Assembly: GCA_027001995.1 (NCBI GenBank)
Contig: JALTLO010000193.1
Location: 71,618 to 97,908, forward strand
DNA length: 26,291 nt
Source: Planctomycetota bacterium
Lineage (GTDB): Bacteria > Planctomycetota > GCA-002687715 > DRQF01
Direction: 5' to 3'
Made by a program: the position numbers and the translations under genes. Positions 18,016 to 26,291 of this stretch are shown here, piece after piece (within the stretch, counting starts at the first letter, position 1; every line of letters starts with the position of its first letter). The notes under the pieces are model-generated. The model saw only the letters and a list, made by a program, of their open reading frames with translations. It searched no databases and had not been told where the DNA came from.

Positions 18016-18072
18016 GCAACAATATTCGAATCTACCGCCAACCCGAGAACAGGGTGTACCACTTCACGGTTT

Positions 18073-18762
18073 TCATAGAGGCTGATCAATCCAACAAGAG
18101 GCGATGGCGAAGTTGTCGGTGGATTGGGCTTTGATCTGAGTCGAGAACGGTCGAAGGTTTTCTTTGACTTGCTCGTTGTGAATGATGAAAGAGAGGTTGG
18201 AATCAGAATCGGGCAAACTCAATTGCAGGGCATGGAAACCGAGGAACAAGCCAGTCATGGGAAACTGCGCTTTGTAAAACGCTTCTTTGGCGGAGAAGAA
18301 AAGAAGTGCCAAACGAGATTTTTCTGTTTCTTCTATCCCAAAGAGAAGAGCTTCTTCCTCGGGTAGTAGGATCTTCTCGAACAACTTGCGGTCGAGGCCT
18401 TTTCTCATCTCCAAGTCAATGCCAAGAGCCCGGTGATGACATGACTCACTCAGAGTCGCCATCACCACGCCACCAGAATGAGAGATCGACCCGACGACAT
18501 CATTTGGCCAAAGGGGCTCGCGATTCTTGCCGCTGAGAACGGGTTGGGCCTTCAGCCCCAAGTCCTTCATCAGGTTCCGCAGCAGAACTCGAGTCGTGGC
18601 GAATTCAAGGAGACGTTTGTCACCATAGGAGGCAGACTGTTGCCTCTCTTCTGGTAAGAGCCCATCGATATTCTTAGATACTTCTACGACTTGCGAAGCA
18701 ACTTGGCTTGGCATCAGCTCTTTCAACCTCTTGCCGATCTGTTCAGCAACAGAATCAACCAT
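18073..18762 (-). CDS. 4'-phosphopantetheinyl transferase, EntD/Sfp type
   Basis: EPLWPNDVVGSISHS, LGIDLE, FSAKEAFYKA; start overlaps hemD stop by 8 nt. Confidence 0.93.
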   Translation of the reverse strand: MVDSVAEQIGKRLKELMPSQVASQVVEVSKNIDGLLPEERQQSASYGDKRLLEFATTRVLLRNLMKDLGLKAQPVLSGKNREPLWPNDVVGSISHSGGVVMATLSESCHHRALGIDLEMRKGLDRKLFEKILLPEEEALLFGIEETEKSRLALLFFSAKEAFYKAQFPMTGLFLGFHALQLSLPDSDSNLSFIIHNEQVKENLRPFSTQIKAQSTDNFAIASCWIDQPL

Positions 18763-19501
18763 GAGGATTGCTCGTCAGGTATTCCAAAGCAAGTGCCAAG
18801 AGACCTTCATTGCTGGGCTTCGCTGCCACATCAATGTGCGACCAATTTCGTTCTCGCAGGGCGTGGGCTGTTGTCTTGCCAATGGCCAAGGCCCGTAATC
18901 GCTTGCGCGATTCATCTAAGACTTCGTTTGCCGTCACCTGCTCTAAGTGGGCCACAGCCGAGGGGCTGGCAAACACAATGGCTGTTTGTTGGCTCAGATC
19001 GACTGGGTGATCCACCAATGGATTCTTGGTTTCATAAGCAGGAAAAGATCTGATGATAGCGCCAGCGTTCTTGAGGCTTTTCAACGCCTCGTCGTTTGCC
19101 AAAGTGCTTCGTGGCCAGATGAATGTTTTTCCTTGGATATCCAAAGTCAGCAAGTGTTCGACAAGGCCCCCGATGCCATCACCTTCGTGTGCAGGTTCCA
19201 CAAGCCAACCTTGTTCTCTCGCGGATGCCGCCGTTTTTTCTCCTACGGCGAAGACCGACACATTTGCCAAAGATAGCGCCAAATGAGAAGCACTGCCAAG
19301 GCCATGGGCACTGGACAGAATAAGGAAATCGACATCTGCGGTGAGGTCTGTCACGTTTGCAGGCAAAGGGAGTTGAATAATTTCGATGGCCGCAACGTGC
19401 TCAACGTGGGCCCCCAACCCCTCCAGCATCAAAGCCAGTTCGGCTCCAGTTTCGCCTGGGCGCGTGACCAAAATGGATTGTCCTGAAAGAGGTCGTTTCA
19501 T
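18755..19501 (-). CDS. hemD: Uroporphyrinogen-III synthase
   Basis: ILVTRP, AVGEKTA, AYET, FASPSAV, AIGKTTA; ATGA-coupled to hemC. Confidence 0.92.
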   Translation of the reverse strand: MKRPLSGQSILVTRPGETGAELALMLEGLGAHVEHVAAIEIIQLPLPANVTDLTADVDFLILSSAHGLGSASHLALSLANVSVFAVGEKTAASAREQGWLVEPAHEGDGIGGLVEHLLTLDIQGKTFIWPRSTLANDEALKSLKNAGAIIRSFPAYETKNPLVDHPVDLSQQTAIVFASPSAVAHLEQVTANEVLDESRKRLRALAIGKTTAHALRERNWSHIDVAAKPSNEGLLALALEYLTSNPHG

Positions 19502-20442
19502 TTGTCTTCGGTTTCTTCCGAACTTTCAAACAAGCGCGCGCATCCGGCTTTCAAGAGTTCTTCCGCCACAAGCAAACCTGCGGTGGCGCCATCTGACTCG
19601 GCGTCAAACGCGAGCTCAGCCTCAACAACCTCAGAACCATCAACATTGTAAACTTTCGCCTTTAGCACCATCTGATCGCCCACGTAGGCGAAGGAAACTC
19701 CGAGGGGCACATTGCATCCCCCACCCAATTTACGCAAGCAAGCGCGTTCGGCTTGAGCAATGCGCCAAGTGGCTGCATGATTTAGCCCCCCGACAATGCG
19801 ATTCATCTCGGTGTCATCGGTACGAACAGTAATAGCCACGGCTCCCTGCCCCACGGCGGGCAGAAGATCATTGACGTCGAATACCGAGGCAATTCGATGA
19901 GCCAAACCCAAACGAACCATTCCGGCCCTTGCCATGACAATGCCATCGACAGAACCATCATCAACGAAACCAATGCGGGTTGGAACGTTGCCTCTGATGG
20001 GAACAATCTCTAAGTCGGGTCGAAGCCTTTTTAGCTGCGCTGCTCGGCGGACGCTTCCGGTGCCGACCCGCGCCCCTTTTTTGACCTCATCAAAAGGACA
20101 TGAGGCAACAAAACAATCTTCCACCGGACCGCGAGGAAGAACAGCTACTAAGCTCATGCCTGGCAACTCCGCAGTCTCAAGATCTTTCAAACTGTGAACG
20201 GCCAAATCGATTTCAGAGTTGAGGAGGGCGCTATCCAACTCAGCAGTGAAAACCGCTGTGCGCCCCAGCTCCGCGATCTTGACATCCGTGCGACGATCGC
20301 CCAGGGTCTTTACTTTGATGAGATCAACGTCCCGCATGGGGGCTTCCCGAGAAAGAAGATCAAGGACAGTCTCAGCTTGCCAAAGTGCCAAAGCTGAACC
20401 CCGGGTTCCTAAGCGAATGGGTTTATGATCTTCCAACATCAT
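19498..20442 (-). CDS. hemC: Hydroxymethylbilane synthase
   Basis: GTRGSALALWQ, AVHSLKD, GTGSVRR, IRGNVPTR, PAVGQGA, cofactor Cys in GGGCNVP. Confidence 0.96.
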   Translation of the reverse strand: MMLEDHKPIRLGTRGSALALWQAETVLDLLSREAPMRDVDLIKVKTLGDRRTDVKIAELGRTAVFTAELDSALLNSEIDLAVHSLKDLETAELPGMSLVAVLPRGPVEDCFVASCPFDEVKKGARVGTGSVRRAAQLKRLRPDLEIVPIRGNVPTRIGFVDDGSVDGIVMARAGMVRLGLAHRIASVFDVNDLLPAVGQGAVAITVRTDDTEMNRIVGGLNHAATWRIAQAERACLRKLGGGCNVPLGVSFAYVGDQMVLKAKVYNVDGSEVVEAELAFDAESDGATAGLLVAEELLKAGCARLFESSEETEDK

Positions 20443-21671
20443 GACAAGGAATCCTTAAGGAATACTTCGTAAGCACCCCGGACTTGCTCAACAGAAACGT
20501 GAGTCCGGCTGGATAGTTTGAGAGTCTTCAGGGACACACCCAAGAGTCGTTTCGCCAGTTTCTCAGCTTCACTGGCGAATTCTGCGGCGGCAGCATCGCC
20601 GAGGGTTGACAATAGAGTCTCATCGAAAGCCTGGCGCATCTCCTCCACCAAGGGAGCGATGCCTGTGAAATGCTGTTTGGCCAAGAACTTATGAACCTCG
20701 GCAACAACGATCTCTTTGGACTTTTCTGCTTCTTGGCTACGGTCGGCCATGGCGTCTTGAATCAGCTGCGTCAAATCATCAATGTCAAAATGGAAGACCC
20801 CGGGCACTGCAGCGATGCCAACCTCCATCGACCGGGGCACTGAAATGTCGATGAAACACCGCGTCTTGGAAGGTGCTCCATCAAGGCAGTCTGCGGTGAC
20901 CAAAGGCTTAGGGGCTTCCACGGCTCCGATGATCACGTCTGCTTCCTGCACCCACTTCCTGAGGTCATCCAAACTTCCGCTCATGACGCCTAAGTGGGAG
21001 GCTGCCGCTTCGGCTTTCTCAACGGTTCGGTTGAGCAAGGTCAAATTGGCTAGGCCAGCGGAACGCAGATGAGTTGCGGTTTGAATCCCAGTTTCACCCG
21101 CTCCCAAGATGACGACCTTCCGATCTTTCAAAGAACCAAAAATCTTCCCCGCAAGTTTGACAGCCGTTGCCGCGACACTCACGCTGCCCATAGAGATCTG
21201 AGTCTCCGTGCGAATCCGTTTGCCCACTTCCAATGCCTGACGAAAGAGATCGCTCAAAATACGCCCAGAGGCTTGGGCGTTCATCGACTCTTCGAAAGCG
21301 AGCTTTACTTGGCGAAGAATTTCGCTTTCACCGACAATCATCGAGTCAAGGCCAGCACTCACCCGAAACAAATGAAAAACGGTATTCCACCCGGTGTGCC
21401 AATAGGGCTCGAAGCCAGACTCAAGGCCAGGAAAAATGAGAGACTTATAGGCGTCTTGCTCTTGAGCCCCCCCAAGGTGAGCACCATAGAGTTCCGTACG
21501 ATTGCAGGTCGATAGCAAGACATTGCCAGCCAAATCTCCAGAGTTCAACTTCTGGCGGGCGGCAACCCGGTCAGTCTCTGAGAGAGAAAACTGGCCACGT
21601 ATGCCCACTTCAGCTACCCGGTGATTCATACCGAGAATAAACAGCGAATTGCAGGCTTCCGTTGGCATCAC
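20439..21671 (-). CDS. hemA: Glutamyl-tRNA reductase
   Basis: LSTCNRTELY catalytic Cys, GLDSMIVGE, GAGETG, NRT, DISVPR. Confidence 0.95.
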   Translation of the reverse strand: MMPTEACNSLFILGMNHRVAEVGIRGQFSLSETDRVAARQKLNSGDLAGNVLLSTCNRTELYGAHLGGAQEQDAYKSLIFPGLESGFEPYWHTGWNTVFHLFRVSAGLDSMIVGESEILRQVKLAFEESMNAQASGRILSDLFRQALEVGKRIRTETQISMGSVSVAATAVKLAGKIFGSLKDRKVVILGAGETGIQTATHLRSAGLANLTLLNRTVEKAEAAASHLGVMSGSLDDLRKWVQEADVIIGAVEAPKPLVTADCLDGAPSKTRCFIDISVPRSMEVGIAAVPGVFHFDIDDLTQLIQDAMADRSQEAEKSKEIVVAEVHKFLAKQHFTGIAPLVEEMRQAFDETLLSTLGDAAAAEFASEAEKLAKRLLGVSLKTLKLSSRTHVSVEQVRGAYEVFLKDSLS

Positions 21672-22492
21672 ATATGCCCATGAAATTCAAAGATTGGCAA
21701 CATCGAAACCACGACGCTCAAACTCGTGAGCACAAGAATGACAACCGAACAAATCGCCGTCCAACGATCGCTCCAACGCGAAAAGAAACGCCCCACTACG
21801 GGAAGCAGAAGAACAACCCAGATCAACAAAGTGAATGCTATTTTGGGCTGCAAGATGTCGACTTGATCAAAGACGTCGCTATACCATGTGGCTCCCCAGC
21901 CGATTGCAGCGGTAACCAGAACAAGACCAACAACCAAAGCCGCATAGTTCATGCGGGCCAGAGTGTCCATATCTGGAAGGCGTTGAAAAAGGTCGCCAAA
22001 TTTCTTTCGTTGCATAGCCCGGGCTAGACGCAAATAAAGAACACCGTAGAAGCCTCCCACCAAGAGGGCCGCAATACCACCGATGGCCGGTGCCGTGTGC
22101 ATGGTAAAAAGATCAGAATCAAGCAAGGGATTGCGCTTAGGCACATGAGGACCAAACGCCGCGGCATAAGTCACCAAAGCGAAGGGCACCGGCAGAAAAT
22201 CGTATCCTGTGGATGCATTGCGACAGGCAATCTCAACCAGGGCGTAGGTAAGAGTCATTAAGAACGCCAGGGCCGAGAAAGTATCGTAGTAGGTCGTCCA
22301 TGATGGCTGGCCAATCATACGGCCACGGGTATAGAGCAACGCGAAATGGCAGGCCAAGGCCGCCACCACTGCTAAGATGGGACGGCTAAATCTCTTCGTA
22401 CGATTCGAGCCAAGCCGCGCCTTATAGGCTAAGAACGCTGCCATGTAGAAAAGTGGCGTCAATACCAGGAGTGCATTGTTAGCTTCAGTCAT
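21668..22492 (-). CDS. ccsA: CcsA/HemX-like cytochrome c assembly family membrane protein
   Basis: ~8 TM helices, conserved His, LYL..RLPDMDTL, W...PK; usual position next to hemA; lacks full WWD motif, so HemX/YpjD-like. Confidence 0.8.
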   Translation of the reverse strand: MTEANNALLVLTPLFYMAAFLAYKARLGSNRTKRFSRPILAVVAALACHFALLYTRGRMIGQPSWTTYYDTFSALAFLMTLTYALVEIACRNASTGYDFLPVPFALVTYAAAFGPHVPKRNPLLDSDLFTMHTAPAIGGIAALLVGGFYGVLYLRLARAMQRKKFGDLFQRLPDMDTLARMNYAALVVGLVLVTAAIGWGATWYSDVFDQVDILQPKIAFTLLIWVVLLLPVVGRFFSRWSDRWTAICSVVILVLTSLSVVVSMLPIFEFHGHM

Positions 22493-23886
22493 GCCGCTCC
22501 TTCTTTCGTGAGTGCGGTTTCAGGCTTACCGATCAAGATGTGAGCCGCGGCCCGGCCCTTCTTGATGCAGTCATTGAGAGAAACTCCAGCCAAGTAATTG
22601 CCGGCCAAGGCCAAATCGGGACTATCCTTGAGTAGCTTATTGATTGCCTTCACCCGCTGAGCATGGCCCACCATGTATTGAGGCAAACCAGGCTCATGAT
22701 TGACAATATTGAAATAGGAAGGTTGAGGGAATCGAGTCATGCCGAGAGCCAAGGAGAGCTCTCCCAAGAGGATATAGCGCAAGGCCTCCGCTTTCGCGTG
22801 AACAGCTTCCCGATCCAGAGCTCCACCGATAAAACCGTTGAGGGTCTGCACACCTTCCGGGGCACGACCAGAAAACGTCATGGAAGTAAACAACCAACCG
22901 AGGGTTCTCATCCGCGACGGACGCGGCACAAGGAATCCGAAGGCCGAAGGTAACTCCCGTAATTCATCATCTGGGAATGCAGCATGAACGCTGGCAATGG
23001 GAGCATAGTCAATATCGAAAAGTAGATCAGCAACAATAGGGCTCACACCAGTAAGAAGCAATCCAGCGCTTTGTGCTGGGGTCGCCAAAACAACTTGCTT
23101 GGCCCGAAGCTCTTCAATTCCATTGGGCCCTTCGATGGTGAGGGTAAAACCATCCCGACCATTTTCTTTCAACAGCTTAGCCCGCCGATTGAGCTTGATG
23201 CGGTCGCCCAAATTCTTCGCCAAGCCTTCGGTGAGTTGGCTCAAACCGTGCTTGAAGTTTTGGATGGTCATCTTGTTGCCATGACCCGTCTTCTTACGCG
23301 AGCGCATGGCCTTAATGACGCTGCCGTGTTCATCTTCCATCTTCTTCAATTGAGGAAAAGTGGCCTCAATCCCCACTTGGCGGGCGTCTCCGGCATAGAT
23401 GCCAGATACAAAGGCATCAATCAAGGTGCGGGTTGGAGCTGGTCCGAATCGCCTTGAGAAGAATTCGGCCACACTTTCAGGAAGTGTGGATTTGCGCTTG
23501 GCTACAAACGGTTCCCACAGGATTCGCAATTTCTGTGGCAAGGAGAAAAGGTCGGTTTTTAGCAGGTCCTTCGGGCCAGTTGGGATCTTCATCAATCGAT
23601 GATTGTGATATAGAAGTCTGGTCTCAGCGGCACTATTGGCCTGAATGAGATCTCGATCGACGCCCGCCTGTTTGGCCAGGTCCAGAATAGCTGTGGCAGA
23701 CGAGGGAAAAGAATTGGGGCCATTCTCGAAGAGCTTTCCATCATGACTCACAGTTTCGATGGCACCGCCAACCCGGTGGGACGATTCCAGCACAACGACA
23801 TTCTTGCCACGGTCCACCAATTCCTGTGCCGCGGCCAAACCTGAGATGCCTGCACCAATGACGCAGATAAGATCACCGTTGCTCAT
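22489..23886 (-). CDS. hemY: HemY-type FAD proto/coproporphyrinogen oxidase (465 aa)
   Basis: GAGISG, ENGPNSF, SGIYAGDA, FGFLVP, PQYMVGH, AGNYLAGVSLNDC; ATG 23886 overlaps upstream TGA, with GGAG RBS. Confidence 0.94.
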   Translation of the reverse strand: MSNGDLICVIGAGISGLAAAQELVDRGKNVVVLESSHRVGGAIETVSHDGKLFENGPNSFPSSATAILDLAKQAGVDRDLIQANSAAETRLLYHNHRLMKIPTGPKDLLKTDLFSLPQKLRILWEPFVAKRKSTLPESVAEFFSRRFGPAPTRTLIDAFVSGIYAGDARQVGIEATFPQLKKMEDEHGSVIKAMRSRKKTGHGNKMTIQNFKHGLSQLTEGLAKNLGDRIKLNRRAKLLKENGRDGFTLTIEGPNGIEELRAKQVVLATPAQSAGLLLTGVSPIVADLLFDIDYAPIASVHAAFPDDELRELPSAFGFLVPRPSRMRTLGWLFTSMTFSGRAPEGVQTLNGFIGGALDREAVHAKAEALRYILLGELSLALGMTRFPQPSYFNIVNHEPGLPQYMVGHAQRVKAINKLLKDSPDLALAGNYLAGVSLNDCIKKGRAAAHILIGKPETALTKEGAA

Positions 23887-24851
23887 GCTGTGTGTTCTCC
23901 GCATTCCTTGGCAATGTGCTTAGCCAATTCCATCAAGAACTCCTGCCGATCGTTGATCGTCGGCACTCGATACAAGTGCAACTTGTGACTTCGCAGCAAG
24001 CGGCCGCAATGCATGTCTATACTACAAAGAGTATCAAATCTATCCGAGGCCCAACCCAATGGTACAAGGGCGATTGACCCGACGCCATTCTTCACTGCGG
24101 AATCGACGAGAGAATCAACCTGGGGCTCCAGCCCTTTAGGATGCAGGCGACTCGGTAGCCAAGCGAGATGGGCATCCTGGTTCAGGTCGAGGTGAGCAAG
24201 AATGCGATTCATCATGGCCTGAACCCGGTTTTCGACCTCTGGATCGGCCTTGGCCTGGGCCCCGCCGGGATCTGGGGCCAAGAAAATCACTTGAGCATTC
24301 TTCGGAATCAGACTCAGGGTTTCGTGAAAATGGTGAGCCAGCGTCTTGTGGATTGCTTCATCTTGGTGCCATTGGTCCACTCGACGGAGATCCCCCGTTT
24401 TCCTCTGAGCTGCTTGCCAATGCTCCTCGAACTTCTTCATGGTGGCGTTATTTGACACTTGAACGCCATAGGAGTTCATGGGCACCAGAATGGCTCGCTG
24501 CATGCCCTCTTTGATCATGAGGTCAACAGCTTCGCCAACCCCTGGGCTGCCATGGTTCATGACCACATAACCTTCGCAACCCAAGATTTCAGCGATCCCG
24601 TTAGCTTGGCCGCCGCAGACTCTTTGCAAAGGAGAATCAACCCCGATTTGGTCGAAGTCCTTGCGGTAGGCTTCGCCGTGTTCCGCCAGGGTGGTCTCGA
24701 CCACAAGAGGCCGAATCATTCTTTTCATCAAAGGAAGGGGAGTGGCTTCTTTGTCCCCCAACACTTCTCGCAGAAAAGCATCTACCTGCTGAGGACCAGA
24801 GGGCTCCCCCGATTCCAACAGGACGATGGCTGTCTGCTTATCGAAAATCAA
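23883..24851 (-). CDS. hemH: Ferrochelatase-fold protein with degenerate active site
   Basis: Colinear with HemH (V..FL....D, QIG..SPL, LVP, SD..TL..ID, YRVPTIND..F) and located between hemE and hemY, but the SAH motif reads LAP. Confidence 0.8.
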   Translation of the reverse strand: MIFDKQTAIVLLESGEPSGPQQVDAFLREVLGDKEATPLPLMKRMIRPLVVETTLAEHGEAYRKDFDQIGVDSPLQRVCGGQANGIAEILGCEGYVVMNHGSPGVGEAVDLMIKEGMQRAILVPMNSYGVQVSNNATMKKFEEHWQAAQRKTGDLRRVDQWHQDEAIHKTLAHHFHETLSLIPKNAQVIFLAPDPGGAQAKADPEVENRVQAMMNRILAHLDLNQDAHLAWLPSRLHPKGLEPQVDSLVDSAVKNGVGSIALVPLGWASDRFDTLCSIDMHCGRLLRSHKLHLYRVPTINDRQEFLMELAKHIAKECGEHTA

Positions 24852-24854
24852 AAT

Positions 24855-25895
24855 TTATCCCTGCCAGGCACGGACCGTGTCAACCACAGCTTTTGCCGAT
24901 GCAACGGGGGTCCACTTGAGGACGCCACTACCCAAATTGAAGATGAATCCTTTGTGCCCAGCGAATTCCTGGAGGGTCTTTCTGGTCTCCCTCGCTGCGG
25001 CTTCCGGGCTGGCTAACAAGGCGCAAGGGTCCATGTTTCCTTGGATAGCGCAACGACCTGCCACAATCTTAATCGCGTCCGCAGCGTCAATGCGCCAATC
25101 AATGGCCACCACATCAGCTCCGGAATCGGCCATGAATTCAAGAAGATGCCCACAGCCATTCACGTAAGAAATGATAGGGACGCCCAAATCCTTCAGGCTG
25201 GCAATCAAACGCTTCATGCGCGGTTGCACAAAAGTGGCATAATCGCGGCTAGACAACGATCCCCCCCAGGAATCGAAAATCTGAAGGGCATCGGCCCCAG
25301 CTTCCGCTTGAACACGAAGATAGGCACCCAGGTTGTCGGTGATGCGGTCCATGAGCAAATGGAAAGTTTCGGGCTCACCAAACATCAACTTCTTGAGGTT
25401 TTCGTAATTGCGGGAACCTTTTCCTTCGACCATGTAGGACGCCAAGGTGAAAGGAGCCCCCCCAAACCCGATGAGGGCGCGGTGATCGCCGATTGCTGGT
25501 CGAGTCAAGCGAATTGCCTCGGCGGGCCAAGGCGTTTTCTCCACGGGGTCGAAATCGACCAAAGCTTCCACGGCCGCCAAATCTCGAATAGGAGCCCCCA
25601 ATTGAGGGCCTTTGTCTGTGAATTCCAGATTCATCCCCATCGCCTCAGGAGGCAACAGAATATCAGAGAAAATGATCCCCACATCCAAACCCAAAATGTC
25701 AATGGGTTGCATCGTCACTTCGCAGCAAAGTTCTGGAGACTTGCAGAGCTCAAGAAAGGAGACTTTTGAGCGTATGGCTTGGTACTCAGGCATGTACCGT
25801 CCAGCCTGGCGCATAAGCCAAACTGGGATTTCCGGGACGGCCTGCTGGTTGCAGGCGGCGAGAAAGCTTTCCCTGGGGGTCATATCCGTTTGCAT
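24855..25895 (-). CDS. hemE: Uroporphyrinogen decarboxylase
   Basis: WLMRQAGRYMPEY, FSDILLP, GAPFTLASY, QIFDSW, QGNMDP; start uncertain (ATG 25895, ATG 25883 or TTG 25928). Confidence 0.95.
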   Translation of the reverse strand: MQTDMTPRESFLAACNQQAVPEIPVWLMRQAGRYMPEYQAIRSKVSFLELCKSPELCCEVTMQPIDILGLDVGIIFSDILLPPEAMGMNLEFTDKGPQLGAPIRDLAAVEALVDFDPVEKTPWPAEAIRLTRPAIGDHRALIGFGGAPFTLASYMVEGKGSRNYENLKKLMFGEPETFHLLMDRITDNLGAYLRVQAEAGADALQIFDSWGGSLSSRDYATFVQPRMKRLIASLKDLGVPIISYVNGCGHLLEFMADSGADVVAIDWRIDAADAIKIVAGRCAIQGNMDPCALLASPEAAARETRKTLQEFAGHKGFIFNLGSGVLKWTPVASAKAVVDTVRAWQG

Positions 25896-25968
25896 AGTCC
25901 AGTTTATGACGTTGTCTCCCAGGTTCAACTATACCTCTGCCCCATCCAAGACAATTCCTTCCCAAGAG

Positions 25969-26291
25969 TCAAAAATTACCCGACAAGGCCTCAACCAAAC
26001 TGTTTGACACGAGTGTCGCACTTAATAATGGCACGTAGGGCTCCTTCACTTGACTCGCATCTTGGAGAGAATTTGCGACATAGGTGGCAGGAAATCTTCT
26101 CTTGGGGCTCGGCACCAAACCCCGAGGCGTGACGTCAATGAGATCGAGACGAAGCAAGTCCGGTTGAATGGTCGAGCTCAAGACATCACGGTCAAGGCCC
26201 ATGAGGGCCGCCAGTCTGGCTTGGCCAGTGGGACTTCTGCGAGCTTTGAGAATCTTCAAGGCCTGGCTGTGACGAGGGCCCAAGCCCAGTT
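25969..26291 (-). CDS. RuvB-like protein, C-terminal winged-helix domain (partial, runs off window)
   Basis: LGLGPRHSQALKIL...PTGQARLAALMG...TIQPDLLRLDLIDVTPRG resembles RuvB GLD...PVGL..LAA.LG...IEP.L...G.I.RTPRGR. Confidence 0.6.
   Translation of the reverse strand, partial: LGLGPRHSQALKILKARRSPTGQARLAALMGLDRDVLSSTIQPDLLRLDLIDVTPRGLVPSPKRRFPATYVANSLQDASQVKEPYVPLLSATLVSNSLVEALSGNF

Larger units (their letters stand above)
8602..18072. other. Accessory/variable region between hemL and the rest of the hem operon
   Basis: Low coding density, mixed strands, gene fragments, repeats and a TA remnant between two blocks of tightly coupled - strand housekeeping genes; no integrase or att sites seen. 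Confidence 0.6.

Noticed and set aside
26004..26029. + strand TTGACA...AATAAT promoter
   Set aside because: Spacer is only 14 nt and it points antisense to the RuvB-like gene

Overview
Bacterial genomic window. A Planctomycetota origin is inferred from the bL37-like peptide and the FG-GAP proteins, but this is not proven. Almost all intact genes are on the - strand. Left core (1-8601): mitochondrial-type aconitase, a DPM1-like GT2 glycosyltransferase translationally coupled to a PhnD/C/E/E-family ABC transporter (putative selenate clade), a 28-aa bL37-like ribosomal protein gene missing from the ORF track, and hemL. Right core (18073-26291): the 3' end of a RuvB-like gene, then a tightly coupled hemE-hemH-like-hemY-ccsA/hemX-hemA-hemC-hemD-PPTase operon. 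The ferrochelatase homologue is full length but has lost its catalytic His and most other active-site residues. Between the cores is a ~9.5 kb accessory patch. It holds two secreted FG-GAP proteins sharing an unnamed C-terminal domain, bracketed by ~91%-identical direct repeats of a gene remnant. It also holds a hexamer microsatellite able to fold back, several gene fragments (methyltransferase, hipA, a signal-peptide stub) and a frameshifted multidomain gene ending in an Xre/MbcA/ParS-like domain. No tRNA, rRNA, CRISPR array, integrase or transposase was seen.
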